Shown: positions 26,201-38,774 of the stretch, piece after piece
Position numbering within the stretch: the stretch's first letter is position 1
Layout: each line of letters opens with the position of its first letter
Origin: Lytechinus pictus
Taxonomy: Eukaryota
Direction of reading: 5' to 3'
Assembly: GCF_037042905.1 (NCBI RefSeq)
Contig: NC_087251.1
Span: forward strand, 23,810,001 to 23,874,000
Length of the DNA: 64,000 nt
Program-made: the position numbers and the translations under genes
The notes under the pieces: model-generated
The model's input: the letters and a program-made list of their open reading frames with translations, nothing else
Told to the model about the DNA's origin: nothing
Database searches by the model: none

Positions 26201-26601
26201 ATAAAAATGGTTTACTTGGCTAAACTTAGTAAAGTTCCTATTCTTATCAAACTTCCCACAACGAGGAATAGATATAGGCCAACAGGTCACAAAATAAATA
26301 GTTTCAATAGATATATTTTCAGCACAACAATGAGAACAATGACTGTTTCGATAATAGAATACATGCAATGCTTGTGCTAACAGCAAAGCAAACAAGACCA
26401 TTGAATGCTAGGTCAGAGTTATTTCAAGACGGCTGGCTAGGTTTCCTTCATATTTCCCAGTAAGTCTATTCCTAGGATACGCATGCCTTACTCAATGATA
26501 GAGGGCATCATATTGATCATGGAAAGTTACAAAGATTGTATGCGTCCCCACAGGCGGACAAGGCACTTTACGTCAAAACCAGCTGATAAGACCAGACTCA
26601 C

Positions 26602-26643
26602 CCACTTTTCACCATATCCATTAAACCATCAAAAATGTCAGAC
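26602..26643 (-). CDS. KLC: Candidate 42-nt KLC cassette exon (G-SDIFDGLMDMVKS-G)
   Basis: First AG (AAG) after a pyrimidine tract; donor GG|GTGAGT; symmetric phase 2, no stop. Confidence 0.55.
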
Positions 26644-27416
26644 CTTTGAGGTTTTAAGATTGTAAAAGAGGAACGTAGGGGAAAACGTAATAATGTCTGT
26701 ATTCAAAGTTAACTACATATATTCCAACAATTTTCTCAGTCTTTTAGGAAAATGTTGATGTAATTACTTTCTTCTGATCTATACTCCAACTTTCTGCACA
26801 TTACTCATCACAACTCTGAAATGACTCTCTTCTTGTCTTCTTTAATTCTGCATTTTGGTTGTCTATGAGTGTTTAATGATTACATCGATTCTGTTATAAG
26901 CTTCTTTCAAAAGTTGTTTTTAATTTCTCTCATTCATGAACACAATTATTGTAGTTTCAGGTGTTGCAATTATATCTATGAAGTAAAAAATATAGGACAG
27001 GCTTTTCAGTCAACCACTCTGGAGCTCTTCCCACAAAAAAATGAAATCATTCCCCAGGGACCTACTTCACATTCTCATTTCTAATTTGGAGATCAAAGTT
27101 ATATTTCAATGGAACATTGAGAGAAGCCTCCATACAAATAAAAAAAATATTCTTGTGATTCAGAACCCCTATAATTCTCCTATTCCCTAATGGTTACAAA
27201 AATAAAGAAGTTCTAATTTACCCCTATAAGAAATTCTGTAGGAATAGATCCAAAGTTTAAAAGTATGTTCTACAAAGATTAGTTTTTAAGCATTAAAAAG
27301 TAGTTTATCTTTCTATCAATGTACAGTCTGCAATATATATATATATATTTAAAAAAACCACCTCTATGTACCCCCATCTACGGCCATATAGGATATATTT
27401 GAGAGTAGATACACAC

Positions 27417-27535
27417 CCTCCATCATCGTCGGACTCTCTTCCTTTGAGCTTGTTGAGAAGTTTAGTGCTGCTACGCCGCACCGATGCCCTGAGTTTTGAC
27501 AGTGAACCGCTTCTCCTTAACTTGCCATCACCATT
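27417..27535 (-). CDS. KLC: KLC exon (NGDGKLRRSGSLSKLRASVRRSSTKLLNKLKGRESDDDGG)
   Basis: Conserved KLC C-terminal basic amphipathic segment; acceptor GTCAG, donor GG|GTGTGT; 119 nt, phase 0 to 2. Confidence 0.94.
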
Positions 27536-30500
27536 CTGACATGATAAGAAGGACATAACATAGGTTTGGGTTCAACATGCAAGCATGCTAAAGGGCCATT
27601 TAAACTGCTCTCTTTACCCCCAAATCTCTCTTTCATACCATTAATGTTGCTGGGGAGACAAAATCTTGTATCTCAAAATGCGCAGGAAAGTGAAAAAGAC
27701 GTGAATGCTGTAAAACTGTATTAAAATGAGATTTCCTTCCATTTGATCCAACATAGTGGATTATTGTTTGTAAAGACTGAGATCTGGGATTTGGATGGAA
27801 AATCATTTGATTGTTTGTGTAGTCACCAAACTGAAACAACTTCAGTTCCCTAAAATTTGAGATACAAGATCCCGTCACCCAGCAATGAACTTGCTGCTAT
27901 GAGATGATCAGAAGTCACATTTAGTTTTTAAGAGGAACTGCAATACAATAACATGGATGGAGACATGAACCCTGTACCACAGAATGAATCATTTTATCAG
28001 ATCAAGGTTTCCCCATGAAATTATTGCAAAAAATCTTGCTTAAGATGCATAAACTTTTTCACCACAATTATGTTATGAATATGAATATAAACTAAATCTA
28101 TAGTTAAAAAATGATCTTCTTTATTTCTCCACCTCCAAAAGATATCAACTTGAATACACACACATCTTTGTGGATGAATAATAGAATGGAAATATACAGA
28201 TGTGTGCGGGAGCTTGAAATTCATTTTCGGTTGTTATTTGTAATATTATTTCTCAGTAGGGAAGATTTGATTATTTCCACCGGCACCCGATAAAACAATT
28301 TATCAACTTAAAACTGTTGTGACTTAGATCATGCTTATTTCTTAGCAGCAAATCAGGATGATTAAACAAACTTCTATGCTATTCAGAGAGAAAGAGAGCA
28401 TTAGACCAAAATACTTGCTGCTTATAGGGAAAATGAGGGATTAAATCATAATGAGACTAAGAAATTACATCTGTCGGGATCAAGGAGAAAATAAAATAAT
28501 AAGTTTGAAAACATCATTTATGAAAGCATGGACATTTAAATGAGAAACACAAAACAAATGATAAAAATAAAAGGAAACAAAATGTTAAACAGGGTTTTAG
28601 AAAGGAATGTGTGTTTAAATAGAAATTAGAGTATAAATGGGGCAGGTAAATTTTGTGTGACTTTATCTCGGGGGGGGGGGGCATCTCAAGGGGCAAGGGG
28701 CTTAGTACATCAAGTGCAAAGTGAAAAGTCCAGGGTGGTCGCATTTGCAGAAAGTGTACAGGGAAGTGATTTTATCATAGCTGGGTTGAATTACCAACAA
28801 TATAATCATGTATAAATCAACATTTTAAATAAATAATTCAAAATTCTTCTTGCCGTTGCATTTCATTTGACAGTACTGGTATTCAAATGAGGTCCAAAAG
28901 ATGATGATTAGATTTGCTTTAATTTATGTAGATTGCGTACTGAATTTTGTTTACTTTATTTGGGTGTGGCTGTGCAGTGCATATTGCTGTGATGACCATA
29001 CTCTTTTTTTTTGGTGGACATGCGTCAATATTAAAACTTAAACACACATGTACATGTATATATGACCACACATAATAAACCAGCCTGCAATACTTTTACA
29101 TTTGTATCAAAACTAGAACACTATATTGCATGCATTATGTTGATTAATTTGAAATAATTGATTTTGAATGAATGAGGTACAGAAAAAAAAAAAACGAGTG
29201 AAACAAATGAATACTGGAATGGGTTCAACAAACTATTTCATTGTCAGAAATGGCTGAAGGAAGTTAAAGAAAATTGTATCAAAGATTTCACAAAGGATTT
29301 GAGCTTAATTTTGAAGAAGTCATATCAACATAATTAGAGTAATATTTTCTGAGACTAGACTAGAACACTCTAGTTATCTAAATCTGAAAAGAGTCTCTTT
29401 GAATTTTCATGCAAATATTTTGTAACAGGAGCTACATGTATCACCTAGCTTGTCATAAAATGGAACGTCATTATTACTACTGACCAACATGAATACACTA
29501 AAATTGCGATCTTTGATAAGAAAACTAACTAAATAACTACAATATCAATATAATGGTAATAAACATCTTTTTTTAGGGATTCTATGAATCTATAATTTTC
29601 ATCAATCTATCAAACTATAAAAATATGCTTGCATTTGTTGTACAGAATTTGCTAATTTTGCTTTCAAGGATGTCAGAGTTTAGGAGGGAAAAAACTTGCA
29701 AGAAACATGACATTTTCACAAAAATACTGATTCATAAATTAATTACAGAGTACTTGTTAAGAACCATCTGTTTGATCTGAAATTACTTAAACGGACAATC
29801 TACTGAATTACCTCAGCAACAAATCATTTTAACACTGATTAATACTTATATATATGTAACCATTTCAATGCCCTGCACAACAAAAATGATACAAGCAATA
29901 TTGTCATCAATAAATTATAACTCTAAATCAAATGATCTGCCATATATACATATGATTGATAACAATAATCAATTGCATCATTTTAATTAAAGGGCATGAT
30001 CAAACATCATGTTTACATCAAAGAACACACTTTTTAAAAATGAATGCTACGCTTATTTATCATTATGACGTGGCATGATTATTTCTTTTATCAAAGTTTT
30101 CCAAATTTGAATTTTTCAATCTAAAATTATATCAAACAATTGATGATTTGGATTAAAAGTCTCTTCAAAACAAAATTATGTATTCCATGTCATTGCTCTG
30201 ATTATTTGATTACACAACATATGACTTTTTTGGGTATGATATTTGCTCCTGCAATAATTGTTTTTGCAATAATTGTCTCGAGTCTGTATTTTTCCCAAAT
30301 CATTTGGTCTGGGTAATAGCAATTGTTGTGATGAAGAACAGTCTTCAGATTGATGCAATACAGGTGAGGATTACAGTTTGGTAGAGTTCAGTTTTATGTT
30401 TGACGTATCATGCACATTTGCATGAGAGCAATTATTGTTGGAACAAATGTCAGAAGCTTTGCATGTCTTCTCGTTTACTTTCACATTCCTGAAACATCTT

Positions 30501-30622
30501 TAACAATAGGTTATAAATGACCATTTTGCATTTTATAATCTTAAAATCTCAAACAAAAAACAAGAAAATTACTGTTGATCCAAAAACATAGATGTTGCAA
30601 GCATTTGAATGATATAGATGAA

Positions 30623-30697
30623 TCATTTTAAGAACATATGAAAGATACCTTGAGCCCGGTAAAACAAAGATCGCAGTTGATTTTTTTTTACCTTTGA
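30623..30697 (-). CDS. KLC: Candidate KLC 6-nt microexon (SK, 30692-30697) or terminal exon (SKVKKNQLRSLFYRAQGIFHMFLK*)
   Basis: Acceptor TTTGATCTTTCTGTGCAG; donor AAG|GTAAAA after 6 nt; frame also open to TGA at 30625-30623. Confidence 0.4.
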   Translation of the reverse strand, partial: SKVKKNQLRSLFYRAQGIFHMFLK

Positions 30698-31084
30698 CTG
30701 CACAGAAAGATCAAAGTAATCTTGAGTGCTTTACTGGGCCCTGGTTATATCAAATTCGAAGCTTTTAATATCTTTGATGAATTCCATAATTGTATGAATG
30801 CAAAAATGGCCAGAAAGCTCCATTTTCTATTGTACATTTACACAAAATGTGTTTTAAGCCATTCAAACATGGACAAATCTAATGAAACTGAACTATTTCT
30901 ATTTCTATTTTTATTTTTTTATACCATAAAACTTTTATGACTTAGACCAATACTAGGGCAAACGCCAGGACTAGTGAATGTACCCCCCCCCCCCAACTTC
31001 ATTCTAGTCAATAAGTGGTGGTTCTTCAAACTCAAGATGAAAAGATTTCCAGGCTCTTGGCATCACTCTCTATAAGCTATTTAA

Positions 31085-31679
31085 AGGGGAATCCAGCCTT
31101 GGCCATAAAATGTTGTGTTGGGAAGGAGAAAAATAAATTAAACAGAATGGTGAAAGTTTGAAAGAAATCGGACAATAAATAAGAAAGTTATAGCTGCTTT
31201 AAAATTGAGATCACTAATACAATGTAGATTTCAAATTGGCAACTGGGTAAGTAAATTTTGACAAGGGGCAAGGACAACTTTCCCATAGGCCATGTACTTT
31301 ATTATCAGGAATTTGTGGTTTTCTCCTAAGTACCCATTCCCCTGGGGAAATAATCTAAATATAACCCAGGTAGTATATTGTTTTATGTCCTCATGAAAGA
31401 AAAATATAATTTGAAATAAAACTTTTGGAGAAAATGACATTTTAGCCAAAATATGTAATGGAGTACATGGAAGAGTAGTCCTTTCCTTACATCACTATGA
31501 CATCCCATATGCGGCCAATTTGAAGTCTCCATGAGTATAATGATTACCAATATTTACAACTTTTAAAAATTCATAACTTTCTTGTTGTTTGTCCAATATT
31601 GTTCAAACTTTCACCTATCAACTTGTCTGATTTTTCTTTTCCTTATAAAAACAAGTTTTTATTTGAGTTGGATTCCCCT
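31085..31679. mobile_element. Kolobok-like MITE
   Basis: TTAA-AGGGGAATCCA ... TGGATTCCCCT-TTAA; TTAA duplication with AG..CT termini. Confidence 0.8.
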
Positions 31680-34600
31680 TTAATCCCTTTCATACAATCA
31701 TATGCTATTTGATAGGCTTTGGTGAAAGAACCCCTAACAGTGATCCACAATACATTATATAAAACCAGAAACCTTTGGAGCTTTTTGTACAAAAGAGACA
31801 ACCATTTTCTTGGCAAAAGTATCCATATAGTAAATTTGTTGCAGTGATCAACATGTTGAAGCATGTTCCTTTCACCTGGACCCTTCCTGGAATTGTTTCA
31901 GTTTAATACGAACAAAATTTTCTGTTGTAACACTAATAGCATATCTGAATTCCCTAATGGGAGATATAGATATTCTTCATAGATAGGTTTCTTGAAGTGC
32001 GCATTAAAACATCCATGCACATGTAACATTACACATGGTCCCATACAAAAAGCATGATCAATAGATGACAAAGACACATATAGAGCAAGGATATCATTGA
32101 GAAATAAGAAATGACCTGCAAATAAAGCGACAATACAATGACAAAACATCACAACATTAAATGAATAACACACAGTGTCTATTACCCGACACAAGCCTAA
32201 AACACTTTCCAGATTCAAAATATTGCATCCCTTTTATTTTCTCCATTTAGAGAATTATGACTACATATGTCTACATTACCAAAACAAATATACTTGTTAT
32301 CATTGAAACTATGTAGGTAGCCTAGCTATGTCTTTTTATGCCAACTGTGAAAACCTTTTTATATTCTTTTGACCTGTCCGACTCATTAGTATGCATTAAT
32401 TTCCGAAAAGATGCTCATGCAAGTGCTTGAAGGTGTTAGGGAAAGTGCAAAAGAGGAAAATGTAGACAAGCTATTAGAAAGAACTCATTGAATACATGCA
32501 GGGCTACATGCACAATCACATATTTGTACGTAGGGACTGAGGAACCTGCTAAAAGGGGATCAAGGGAGATAAAATACAGATAAAATATATGAACATTCTG
32601 CATATATATTCATTTTAGAGACACGAATAAAGAGGAACATGTTTAATAAATAATCATGACAAGACTGCTACACAGTACCCATGGGCATGCACTCTGCAGA
32701 GAAATGAAAATAGGCCAAAGAAGCAAAGTGAAATAAAATTAATATATTGATCAAACATGGATAAGAATCAATTGGAATATATATAAATATAGATCCATAT
32801 CTATTTGATACAACTCTATTGTGCCTCAGAATAAATCAATATAAGGAGAGGAGCACAAGGGATTTGAAATCATATATATAGTGCAAGACAAATCATTAAT
32901 TGGTAAGCAGCATGCAAATCAAATATACAGTCCTGCAAGCTTTTGTACCAAATTTCTCAATCAAGTTCCTAAATCAGTTACCTTCCTTTTTACCATATCC
33001 TACACATGTTTGCAGTTTGACTTTGCTTGAATAATCAAACAGATTATTCAAGATCTCAGAATATTACAAGAAAAATTTGTAATACTTTCTGTTTATATCC
33101 ATTCCCAAAATATGCTTGATTTCAATAATTTTCTGTTTTCTCAGTTGACCTTTAAAGCAACAGCAGTAAACAGCAGCACAATTAAAAGACACGTTCATAA
33201 AAACCACTTCAATCTCAAATTTTGCTGAAAATCACATCCAAAAGCTTGCAGTTTGTGTAGAAAATTGCACAGAAAGGAGTGCTTTCACTACTACAATCAC
33301 ATAAAATATATAGATAATGAGAATACACATGTTAAGTTCTTTCTCCATATCCCAAATAGACAGGAACGAAGACAGTGAATATAGCAAATAAATAACAGTG
33401 TTTGACCCAGTGAAACGTGTAGTGTATATGATCCTCATTCAAAATTACTACAAACAACAGGTTTTGTCAAGAAACTTGACAGCCAAATAAGATTAAAAGA
33501 ATGAATAGATGGGACACTGGGGAGGGTAGGGTACAAGAAATACAGACAAGAGTCAATTTATCAGTCCTTACAAGCAAAGGAGATAACTTTGAAAATAGAA
33601 TTATCCAAAATATTGAACAGATATTAACTGATATAAACTGATATCAACATAATCTATAGCTAAACCCAGGAAATGTCTTTGGCTCTGAAAAGTTATTTGG
33701 AATGTAATCCTGAACCTTTTCTACCACTGCAAGTGGTCCCTTTCGACAGGTTTTGAACCAAACTTTCAAAATGCTCCTCATGCACCACTACCAAAGCAAA
33801 AGCCGATAATGGAATGGGATAGTTGCATTCATTGCATCCCATACCAGGACCCCTTGACACAAAAGTTTGCTATCAATTGCAAAATGTCAATGACTAACCA
33901 CCATGATCGATATTCAACATACACACCTATCAATCATTGCTTGCAATTTGCAACTGATCACAAATCTTTGCGTTATACGGCCCAAATCTATTCTACGGAA
34001 GCATCCATTGCAAGTATTGGCCCTAATCCCCAATAAAACAATTATAAATGCTTGTGAAACAGGAAACAATGTTTGTTTGTATATATGAGCACATATATCA
34101 GAGAAATAATTCAAAGACATATTAAGACCGAAGACAAAATCCATAGAATAAATTCCAATTATTCATAAAAATATTCAATAATTCACAAGGGGACAAAGTG
34201 GGCATGCAAAATTCTATCATTTTAAAGTAAATTATCAAAAGTGTTTTCTGGATTTATCAATGACAAGAAACAAAAAAAAAATGAGCATTGTTGAAAAACA
34301 AAGAAACACAAAGGAATATTGTAAATCAATATTCTTTTTAAAGAGTGGGTTAAATATATTCTCAGTGCAAACTATTTTCTTTAATTATCAAATAATTTTA
34401 CAGTGCATTAAAGCTTTCTTAAAAATTAAACAAACAGAAAATCCTAGTGAAATAGTATTAAGAAATAAACAAATAAGTGTTTATTACTTTATTTACAGTT
34501 AAAGAAGAACATGCTCTAGCATTCCAGTGAAGTCTGTGTAACCAACAACTGGTATACATGTAGGTTACTTACACATGTGCATACAGGAATATTCTGTATA

Positions 34601-35744
34601 AAGTTTGCTGAATTTATGGGTTTATAAAACTATGAAACAGTGATATCGCTTCCCTAAATGAGTAAAGCATTTTAAAGACAAGGGTTATTTCACCCTGTTT
34701 GTGCATATCTGTATATTAATATATTTTAGAACTATCTAATGGTGATGAAAGTTATATTATATTCTTAAGCTTTGTTTTGAATTAGAGTTGTATTTCTTTT
34801 TTAATCTAACTTTTCAAAAAAACAAAAAACCTTGTTTGTTACCTTTCAAATCACAATGATCCTTCACAGATACAGTGCAAATATTGGAGTTTTTACACAT
34901 GGGTGTCATAATGCAATTTAATGAATGTTAGGAAATATGTCAAACAAGTGGGAAAATAAAGTGAAGATGGCTGAATATTATTTTCACACAGATGATTCCA
35001 TGAAAAATGTCTAGTCAATTATACTACGATGTCATTATATGAGAGTGATATCAGCAAATGATAAACATGCTTGAACTTCAAATGTTAATAAACCATACTA
35101 AATCACAATGTTAGGAAAATATTTCAGAGCATATGCAGTAATTTACTTTATTCTATTATGATCTTTTAGACTTTGTAATTCTGGACAAAGAGATTAATTA
35201 TTAAAGAAAATAGGAATCTTTAAAGCTGCTCGCAGACTATTTGATATTTCTCAAGTATTGATGACAGGAATCTGTTTAAAGAGTTTCTCGGTTTCTTGTA
35301 TTCTTTTGTCATACCAATATAACTCTATTTCTTAAAACCTTAAATTAACCATCTAGTTTGTCAAGGAAAAACAAACAAAGTTTTATGTACAGAAGTTTTT
35401 CTAATTAAGATATTTTCATAGTACTTTGGTTTTGTATATTAGAAACTTTCTGTGAAACAAATACATGTGCTTGGATCAATTATACATCCACATTATTAGT
35501 AGCCTGGTCTGTGCATTACAACACAGAATTACATGCTATCTTTCTGTTGACATTGATGACATCTAATAGCTTGAGCAATGTTAATGTCACTGCACCCATA
35601 AACAATTCTCTTTCTAATCACAGGAATGATATATGGTTCTAATAATATAAATCAGATTTTTAAAACTAGAAAACAGCGCTCTGATCTACAGAATGCTACA
35701 TGGGAGATGCACCAAAGGCTATGAAATATATAAATAATGTTTAC

Positions 35745-35774
35745 CTTTCCAAGTTGTGCATTTTCGAACCCTTT
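35745..35774 (-). CDS. KLC: Candidate 30-nt KLC microexon (KGFENAQLGK)
   Basis: ATTATCTTTTGCAG acceptor, AAG|GTAAAC donor, phase 0-0, no stop. Confidence 0.45.
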
Positions 35775-36457
35775 CTGCAAAAGATAATGTACCAGTACAT
35801 TGTTTTGCATTTTGATAGCAAACATAAATTCTTAGATTGGGACTATTAAATGGTTCACCTTTACTACTTATCTCTCAATTACAATAATAATTTAAGTCAC
35901 AACTATCTGTCAGCATCTTAAATATAGTCAAGTTAATTCTTTTAACCTCCTAATAATACTGCAAATATTGCATTAAATCGCTTGCACCTTTCTGCATTTA
36001 AGACTTACAATTTCATCTTGCCAAAATATGCAACGGATAAATTCATTATTCACAGATTTGTTTGAACATATGCTTGTATCTTTTCAAAATAATTCAATTA
36101 GTTTCATGTTTCACAATGGGCTGCACAAATGTCCTTCACCAAAGCAGATATATTCTTGGGATATGTAACAATATTTGGTGAAATTGGGAAGATGGTGATG
36201 TCGTTTTTAATCTATCGGGGGGGGGGGGAGGAATGGTATAAATACAGTGCATGATGAAATAATGTTAAAATGAAATAACTTATATAGCATGTTGTTGATT
36301 TTAAAATAAAAGAAATACTAGTGATATTGCACTCTGGATTGTTAGTAATCTTTAACAAATCATATATTTTGAATCTGATCGAGAGGAGAGCTATATGAGT
36401 GGGTTAGTGTAAATGGTGTGGACATCACTGATGGCCAGGGAGTAGATAATGTCTAAC

Positions 36458-36541
36458 CTCGACAAGTACGTGAGGTGGGCTGCGTGGAATCTCTACATAA
36501 CCTTCGGGGATCGTTCGGGAGCGATCTTTCGGTTTCCGCTT
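36458..36541 (-). CDS. KLC: KLC cassette exon (KRKPKDRSRTIPEGYVEIPRSPPHVLVE)
   Basis: 84 nt, phase 0-0; acceptor CCCTTAG, weak donor GAG|GTTAGA; matches the insert I recall from the long S. purpuratus KLC isoform. Confidence 0.88.
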
Positions 36542-36866
36542 CTAAGGGAGTTTGAGGGATGAAGTAGAAAGTGGTAAGAAACTGCAAAATCTCATGATTT
36601 TTATATTGAAAAAAAAAAACATGAATCATTATCGAATATGCAGGTAAGGTAATATCATGACATGGTAAATTTTCATATTCAAAGGACTGTTTAGACTAAG
36701 AGCTTTAATTTAATCAAAATAATCATATTAATTAGAGTCTGCAGAGAGTGTTCAAAATGTAAGTTTGCCTTATCTATTTTATACAATGTTTAAATCCTTT
36801 ACAATCAAGTAAAATCATGCTATTGTTAAAATGCATGAATGAGCTGATGGAATTCTAATCATCAAC

Positions 36867-37033
36867 TTATGGCGCAGTCACATTTCGCCTATAATGGCTG
36901 AATGGTGAGTCAAAAACAGCCGTTTTAATAATTTTTGTACCAGCTTCCAGTATATGGTTTGTATAGAAATCTGTAAAACGGCAATTTTCAACTTGCCTTG
37001 CGGACATTGTAGGGGAAATGTGACTGCCGCATA
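36867..37033. mobile_element. Small MITE (Harbinger-like)
   Basis: About 30-bp imperfect TIR containing GCAGTCACATTTC / GAAATGTGACTGC, with TTA and TAA ends. Confidence 0.65.
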
Positions 37034-37929
37034 AGCTTTTCACCAAGGTACCAAATACATGTATGTAATGCTAAGCATAACCATGAGTAGTATATCCCCT
37101 TGATGAGATTCCTCGGACTAAAATCAATATATTCCATTATACAGTGAATAAAAACTGATTAAAGTAAGCAGAGGCAAAACTTTAGAGAAATAAATGTAAA
37201 AACTTATTTTCTTATGAGCCGAATTACATGAAATTAATTCATTAAGATGGATCTAAATTCAAATCAACTTATTCAGAGCATCTGTGAGATCGCATTTTTC
37301 ATTGACTTCATTTATTAAAAAGACTTTTGAGATTTGGGTTCTAGGCATAGAAAGTTATCAAACTAGTTTGATAATCTTTGATTTTTTTACTGTAATTTGA
37401 GAAATTGCTGTTTTAGAAAGACGATATTTTGTACTTATGTGCAATGTGCCTTTAAAAAGTTGTTGCTGTGACACACTCATCACACTCACACTTTGTATTC
37501 CTTTCTAGAATTAAATAAAACAAGAGATTTAAATCATGCAATGTTTCAGATTTAGCAGGTTGACCTATGTAATTATGTCAAAATATAGGTCACATGAAAG
37601 TGGAAAGTAAAAATAGAAATAATAAAACAAACAAAACAATAGAGAGACATTATTCAGAAACTTCAAAACTATTTTGGATAGTGGACACAATTATTACGTC
37701 AAAAACATCAAACTTAGAAAGTTACAAACTTAAAAGTGGGATAAAAAACGTAAAAATGGTTTCACTGTAAATATCACATCAAACGGTAGTAAAGGAAAGG
37801 AAATGAGTGAGGGGGTACAATTGATACCGGAATGGAATACATGTATGGCCTACCCTCCTCATGTAATTGCTAGCTAGATCTTTAAAAGAAATTGGTCAAA
37901 CACTGTTGGTATTTATTTGCTATACTCAC

Positions 37930-38133
37930 CCCTTTCCAAGCTACGCCTATACTCACTTCCTCGCCCCCGTCTGCCTTCTCATATGACACACTCTCTGTGC
38001 TGCCATGCCTGGGGGTCCCACTACTGCGTCTGTGATGTCTCTCCTTGGCCATGGCCTCGGACCGTGGTACATCGGTCGACAGGTCTTGGCCTAGAAGCTC
38101 ACGCACCTTGGTCTCACGCACCATATCCAAAGC
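37930..38133 (-). CDS. KLC: KLC exon (ALDMVRETKVRELLG...ADGGEE[VSIGVAWKG]) with two alternative donors (ends 37957 or 37930)
   Basis: Acceptor CCTTCAG; donors GAA|GTGAGT and GGG|GTGAGT, 27 nt apart, both phase 0. Confidence 0.93.
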
Positions 38134-38768
38134 CTGAAGGGGAAGGAGGGGGGTGGGGTCAAGAGGTAGACAGGGTAGGGACGGAACACATACGGCAATG
38201 AGATGAAAGAATGCACTTGCAAGAAATGTATAGTAGAAGATAGTAGAATGCTTTGCTCTTATAAATCTACCATGGTGACATCTATGCCAGAAATGATGAG
38301 AAGGATTGGCAGAAAAATGAGTGAAAGTGCGTAGAAGGCCTTGATTTCATCTAAAATATTTATTTTGAAACCCTTCACCAGGTGGCTAAAATCTCTCAAC
38401 CTTTTTGCACTATATTTTAAGTAACTAATCTCAATGTTACTCCTGCATTATTAAATATATCTTGTTATAAGGTAATTCAATTTGATTGTACTTTTCACAG
38501 ACCAAACTAAAAAACACCACAAAACACTAGGCCAACATTAAGCAACATCAAAAGGCTTCATGCAAATTGCACCATTTCAAATTAAAGTTCCCCTGATTAT
38601 TTTGTTTTTTATCAAAGCCATGTGCAATCGATGGAGAATGGATGTTGCAGAACGATTAATTAGCAAATGATACTTGTCAAATTGTTCTGAATTTTAACCA
38701 TCACCAAACTTTAATGTAATCACAGTTCAATGCAAGTATTTTGTCACACAACTGCAAACACAACTTAC

Positions 38769-38774
38769 CTTTGT
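38769..38774 (-). CDS. KLC: Candidate 6-nt KLC microexon (TK)
   Basis: TTTCTTTTCCATTAAACAG|ACAAAG|GTAAGT in a phase-0 intron. Confidence 0.5.

Noticed and set aside
27305..27416. Read-through tail CVSTLKYILYGRRW... in the ORF track
   Set aside because: Explained by intron sequence after the GG|GTGTGT donor; includes an (AT)n run.
32982..32999. 18-nt microexon DMVKRK (TGTAG|...AAG|GTAACT)
   Set aside because: In frame, but essentially no polypyrimidine tract; chance is likely.
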